Shown: positions 28,692 through 32,000 of the stretch, piece after piece
How positions within the stretch are numbered: position 1 is the stretch's first letter
Layout: each line of letters starts with the position of its first letter
Source of the DNA: Trichodesmium erythraeum IMS101
GTDB taxonomy: Bacteria; Cyanobacteriota; Cyanobacteriia; Cyanobacteriales; Microcoleaceae
Length of the DNA: 32,000 nt
Assembly: GCF_000014265.1 (NCBI RefSeq)
Contig: NC_008312.1
Location: 3,210,001 to 3,242,000 of the forward strand
Direction: 5' to 3'
Translations under genes and position numbers: made by a program
Notes under the pieces: generated by a model
What the model was told of the DNA's origin: nothing
What the model saw: the letters and a program-made list of their open reading frames with translations, nothing else
Database searches by the model: none

Positions 28692-29666
28692 TTACCTTCG
28701 ATCTAAAGACTGCAATAAACATTCAAGTAGATTTTTTTTATCCTGTTCTGAGGGAGACTTTTTCTTAGTTAGCATAAATATAAAATTAAGTAACTGATCG
28801 GTGGCGAGATTTTTACCCCCTTCTCGCTCTCTAACAAATCTTTCAATGAACTCTTTTGCTATATTTAAAGTATCTGTATCTGACTCTAAATTATCAAAAT
28901 GAGATTCAACAATTTGAGCAAGTTGTTCTCTGGTAGGTTCAGGCATTTCTAGTTGCAAACATCGCCGTAAAAAAGGTGGAGGAAAATCACGCTCCCCATT
29001 ACTTGTCATAATTACTAAAGGAAATTGTTGACAAGCAACTTTTCCCTCGTAAATATCAACTTTTTGATTATCATAAGTTCTCAAATTAACAATTTTTTCC
29101 TGCTCTGATATTCTTGCTAATTCAGGAATTTCAAATTCTCCTTCCTCAAATAAATTTAATAGATCGTTAGGTAAGTCAATGTCACTTTTATCAATTTCAT
29201 CTATTAATAATACCCTTGGATATTCATTGGGAAGAAATGCTGTTCCTACTGCACCTAACTGTATATATTTACCAATATTTGGTTTGTTTCCTAGTTGAGC
29301 ATCTTGTAAACGACCAATAGCATCATAACGATATAAACCATTACTTAAAGTAGTGCGGGTATTAATTGGCCATGTTAATACTTTTCCTAATTTTAGTTGA
29401 TAGGCGATCGCATAAGCCAAAGAAGATTTTCCAGTTCCCGGCTTTCCTGTCACCAAAAGAGGGCGACGCAAATATAAAGCGGCATTAACTAACTCAACTT
29501 GCCTATCCGAGACTTGAAAGGTTTTCCCTTTAATTTCTTCCCGAGACTTTTTTTCAGTAGTTTTGGCTTCAGTATTAAAACTTCTCCAAGGTGGAGGCTC
29601 TGGTAAATTTTTTATCCCATCATGTGGCTCATGATCTTTGTTAAAAATTTGCCAATTTTCAGTCAT
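28692..29666 (-). CDS. MoxR-like AAA+ ATPase (AAA_5 type), paralogue of 3305-4297
   Basis: Walker A LLVTGKPGTGKS, Walker B VLLIDEIDKS, PPFLRRC. It shares with the first MoxR the motifs Y.YD....QDAQ, LPND.LN and MTSN.E.D.P. Confidence 0.85.
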   Translation of the reverse strand: MTENWQIFNKDHEPHDGIKNLPEPPPWRSFNTEAKTTEKKSREEIKGKTFQVSDRQVELVNAALYLRRPLLVTGKPGTGKSSLAYAIAYQLKLGKVLTWPINTRTTLSNGLYRYDAIGRLQDAQLGNKPNIGKYIQLGAVGTAFLPNEYPRVLLIDEIDKSDIDLPNDLLNLFEEGEFEIPELARISEQEKIVNLRTYDNQKVDIYEGKVACQQFPLVIMTSNGERDFPPPFLRRCLQLEMPEPTREQLAQIVESHFDNLESDTDTLNIAKEFIERFVREREGGKNLATDQLLNFIFMLTKKKSPSEQDKKNLLECLLQSLDRR

Positions 29667-29752
29667 AATTAATTAATTTATAGTTAATAATTTAATAAAT
29701 TTATACAAGTTTAAAGATATGAGAAAAATACTTTTATTTTCTCATATAGAAT

Positions 29753-31135
29753 TTAAGAACTTAAAGCATATTTAGGCTCACTAGGTTCCGGTGGCATTCT
29801 CTCAGGGTTATCCCATAAGAGGCAAATATGCTTTCCAATATGTTCTTCTCCTTTTGCCTTTTTTCTCTCATCTGTTACTTCCTTTGGTAACTGATTAAAA
29901 TTACCTTGAACATTCCTGAGTATTCGATTAATTTCATTTTGGCAAGAAATGGTTTGTAAATCACGCCTTGACCAAATAGCAAGAGGCAGAGAGTTGAGTA
30001 CAATTAGGTCAAAAAACTTAGTTAGTTCAGAAAGTTTATTTAGTTTAATTCCTACGGTTTTATTTAGCCCTAATTCATAATCATCTGTGTGATAAAAATC
30101 TACCACATTACCTTGATTAGAGTTTAAATTTTCCCATTTTCTTTGCCAAGCTCCCCCTAAATCTTGAGCTGTATATTTTAACCTTTCAGCTAAACGAAAA
30201 GTAACAATATATTGCTTACACATTTTTGCAGGACGGTTGAGCTTTGTTACCTCCAGCCAATCAAAATAAGAGTTACTTTCTATAAGCAAATTAGTATCTA
30301 AAAATAACTCTATCCTCAAGTCTTTACTGCCAATTTTTTTCATTCTCTTATTGGATTCGTCTATCAGTTCTGTTAATTTTTTAGATAGATATTCCCGTTC
30401 AATCAAGTCTTTTTCTTGAATATTACGGATTAATTGACTAGACCAAAACCAACTTTGTATTTGTAAAGAACTATAATTCTTTTTCTTAAGCTCAATCAAC
30501 AAATAAGATTCTAGTAACTTGGGATTTTGGGTATCAGGTGAAGATTTTCTAAAATTTGGTGTTGCTGTTTCCTTAAACTCAGAATATCCAAAAAAATTAC
30601 CGTATTCTTCTAGCCATTTATCTAGGGTTTTTTGTAGATTTGAATCAGAAACTTGTTGTTGAATTCCTACTACAAATGGAATAATAAGCCGATATTTTTT
30701 TAGGGGAATAATACGATTTAGTTGAGTCAAAATATCATCAATATTCTTAACTGTTTTATCTGCCATTTCAGGGCGACATGATAAGTATATTTTTTCTAAT
30801 TTTTCAAAAGATTGATTCTGTAAATACTCTCCCAAATCATTAATTGCTTTATCTTCTTTATTCCTAGAACCCGATAAGTTTGTCTGTTCTTGTCTGTCAG
30901 TCTCAAACTCATTAAAAGCCTTAGGATTGATTTCTTGAATTTCATTTAGTAAATCATCTATTTTTTCGTGTTTATCAATATAATCAAATAAAATTCGGAA
31001 TCTTTGATTTTTACTTTGTCCATTTATAAATTGGCTATAAACATCATGAAAGCTATAAAAAACTAAATCTTCAAATTCGTCTGGTCCTAGAGCTTTGTTA
31101 ATTAAATTCCGAATAAGTTTAAGATCATATTTCAT
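29753..31135 (-). CDS. EAD-like N-terminal helical domain plus VMAP-C-like body (vWA-MoxR-associated adaptor; inferred)
   Basis: Start taken at the ATG at 31135 (MKYDLKLIRNL). The N-terminal ~75 aa fit the pattern L..L..L...L...EF..L.F........F.......K..R...L.DY......I..LL..I...NP seen in effector-associated/death-like helical domains. C-terminal motifs LRIELFLDTNLL, LPLAIWSRRD and HICLLWDNPERMPP match my recollection of VMAP C-terminal domains. Confidence 0.6.
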   Translation of the reverse strand: MKYDLKLIRNLINKALGPDEFEDLVFYSFHDVYSQFINGQSKNQRFRILFDYIDKHEKIDDLLNEIQEINPKAFNEFETDRQEQTNLSGSRNKEDKAINDLGEYLQNQSFEKLEKIYLSCRPEMADKTVKNIDDILTQLNRIIPLKKYRLIIPFVVGIQQQVSDSNLQKTLDKWLEEYGNFFGYSEFKETATPNFRKSSPDTQNPKLLESYLLIELKKKNYSSLQIQSWFWSSQLIRNIQEKDLIEREYLSKKLTELIDESNKRMKKIGSKDLRIELFLDTNLLIESNSYFDWLEVTKLNRPAKMCKQYIVTFRLAERLKYTAQDLGGAWQRKWENLNSNQGNVVDFYHTDDYELGLNKTVGIKLNKLSELTKFFDLIVLNSLPLAIWSRRDLQTISCQNEINRILRNVQGNFNQLPKEVTDERKKAKGEEHIGKHICLLWDNPERMPPEPSEPKYALSS

Positions 31136-31213
31136 TATAAACAAACAAATAAAAAAACAATGTAATAGACTAATTAATCACCAAACAAAATGATAACTAA
31201 TAACTAAAATATC

Positions 31214-31999
31214 TTACTGCCGCATAATCCAATAACCCCCCTCTTCCGACGGTTCTAACCGACCTCTTCGCTGCCCTGGGGAAGTATTATTAATTAATAA
31301 GTCCCGTATATCTTCAAGTACCAAACGAGCATCAGCAAAATAACCATGTCCTAATAAAGTTAAATCTATCTTAGAAACTTTTACCGTGTCTATTCCTTCT
31401 ACAACAGTAACAGGGGGGAAAAAACCAGCTCGGCCATGCTGATGAATAAGCGCTGAAGTTGCTAAGGCTTTGTCTTTTGATGATATGTATAATGTAGTTC
31501 GTTCTGCTAATTGATGATATCCTTTAGCTAACTCTTTAAACAAGTCAATATCTACATCTGGAGCGGCTAAAATAATTTGCCCAAAAGCAATATTAGTTAT
31601 TGTTTGAACTTGAGAAATAATTCTTTGGACTGCTCTGAGTAAACCTCGGTTTCCCATACTATGAGCAATAATATGAATTTTCTCAATGTCCGTTTTTTCG
31701 GCTAGGTTGAGTAAAAATTCTGTCATGTACTTTTCGCTGGCTTCAATACTTGCCTCGTCTACCGGATATGCTGATAATTTCCCTTGAGATGGCCAACTAT
31801 AAAAGGCTGTAATTCCTGGCACTTGCAGGTCAAACCCCATTTGTGCGGCTCTAATAGCTGCATCTTCAAAATTGACGTTGTATCCATGAACAAAGACTAA
31901 AGCAGACCTTTCATTTATTTCATGGTCTTTTAATTCTTCGTTGATATTTTCCCAAAATAGTTCTTTTTCCAGAATTTGCAAACTTTGAAAATGTAGTTT
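31214..31999 (-). CDS. DUF900-type alpha/beta-hydrolase (esterase/lipase-like), N-terminus outside the window
   Basis: LVFVHGYNVNFEDAA, SWPSQG, nucleophile elbow IIAHSMGNRG (GxSxG-type), AAPDVD, Y.SSKDKAL. The listed start is a TTG, and the frame stays open to the right window edge. Confidence 0.8.
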   Translation of the reverse strand, partial: KLHFQSLQILEKELFWENINEELKDHEINERSALVFVHGYNVNFEDAAIRAAQMGFDLQVPGITAFYSWPSQGKLSAYPVDEASIEASEKYMTEFLLNLAEKTDIEKIHIIAHSMGNRGLLRAVQRIISQVQTITNIAFGQIILAAPDVDIDLFKELAKGYHQLAERTTLYISSKDKALATSALIHQHGRAGFFPPVTVVEGIDTVKVSKIDLTLLGHGYFADARLVLEDIRDLLINNTSPGQRRGRLEPSEEGGYWIMRQ

Positions 32000-32000
32000 G

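Noticed and set aside
1343-29411. Recurrent GCGATCGC palindromes (e.g. 1343, 2359, 4651, 10302, 10840, 11008, 14519, 17394, 20603, 21903, 23182, 24588, 29404)
   Set aside because: This is the well-known HIP1 element of cyanobacterial genomes. It is useful as a taxonomic marker, but neither novel nor locus-specific.
1-32000. Template repeat and reverse transcriptase of the putative DGR within this window
   Set aside because: No third copy of the invariant VR blocks (for example gcagaacggcaatc on the plus strand) was found outside the two VRs. No ORF has RT motifs (YxDD). If a DGR exists, it acts in trans from elsewhere.
1-32000. tRNA, rRNA, tmRNA or RNase P genes and transposases or integrases
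   Set aside because: A scan by eye for T-loop (GGTTCGA/TCGAACC) contexts found only hits inside coding regions without cloverleaf partners. No ORF resembles a transposase or integrase. None is reported.

Overview
AT-rich cyanobacterial chromosome segment. Evidence: at least 15 HIP1 palindromes (GCGATCGC), cyanobacterial-type pheT, gatA, NDH-2, and a Ser/Thr kinase with pentapeptide repeats. Gene-free spacers are unusually long, which resembles Trichodesmium-like filamentous cyanobacteria (inference only). A housekeeping core (NDH-2, pheT, kinase, gatA, TerB-like, GT4 glycosyltransferase) is bracketed by two paralogous, oppositely oriented predicted conflict modules built around MoxR-type AAA+ ATPases (abortive-infection or programmed-death type). 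LEFT module (893-6798, + strand): caspase-like protease with a helical tail, then an adaptor whose N-terminus repeats that tail, then a MoxR ATPase, then a large membrane protein with a vWA-like domain lacking an intact MIDAS motif. RIGHT module (22566-32000, - strand): DUF900 alpha/beta-hydrolase, then an EAD/VMAP-like adaptor, then a MoxR ATPase, then cupin plus TauE genes flanked by heptamer repeats, then a vWA-like protein with a C-terminal FGE-sulfatase (FGS, C-type-lectin fold) domain, then a stand-alone FGS paralogue. The last 129 coding nt of both FGS genes show the codon-position pattern expected of variable regions of a diversity-generating retroelement (DGR). No template repeat or reverse transcriptase lies in this window. 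I found no tRNA, rRNA, CRISPR array or transposase. Domain calls were made by eye from motifs, without database searches.
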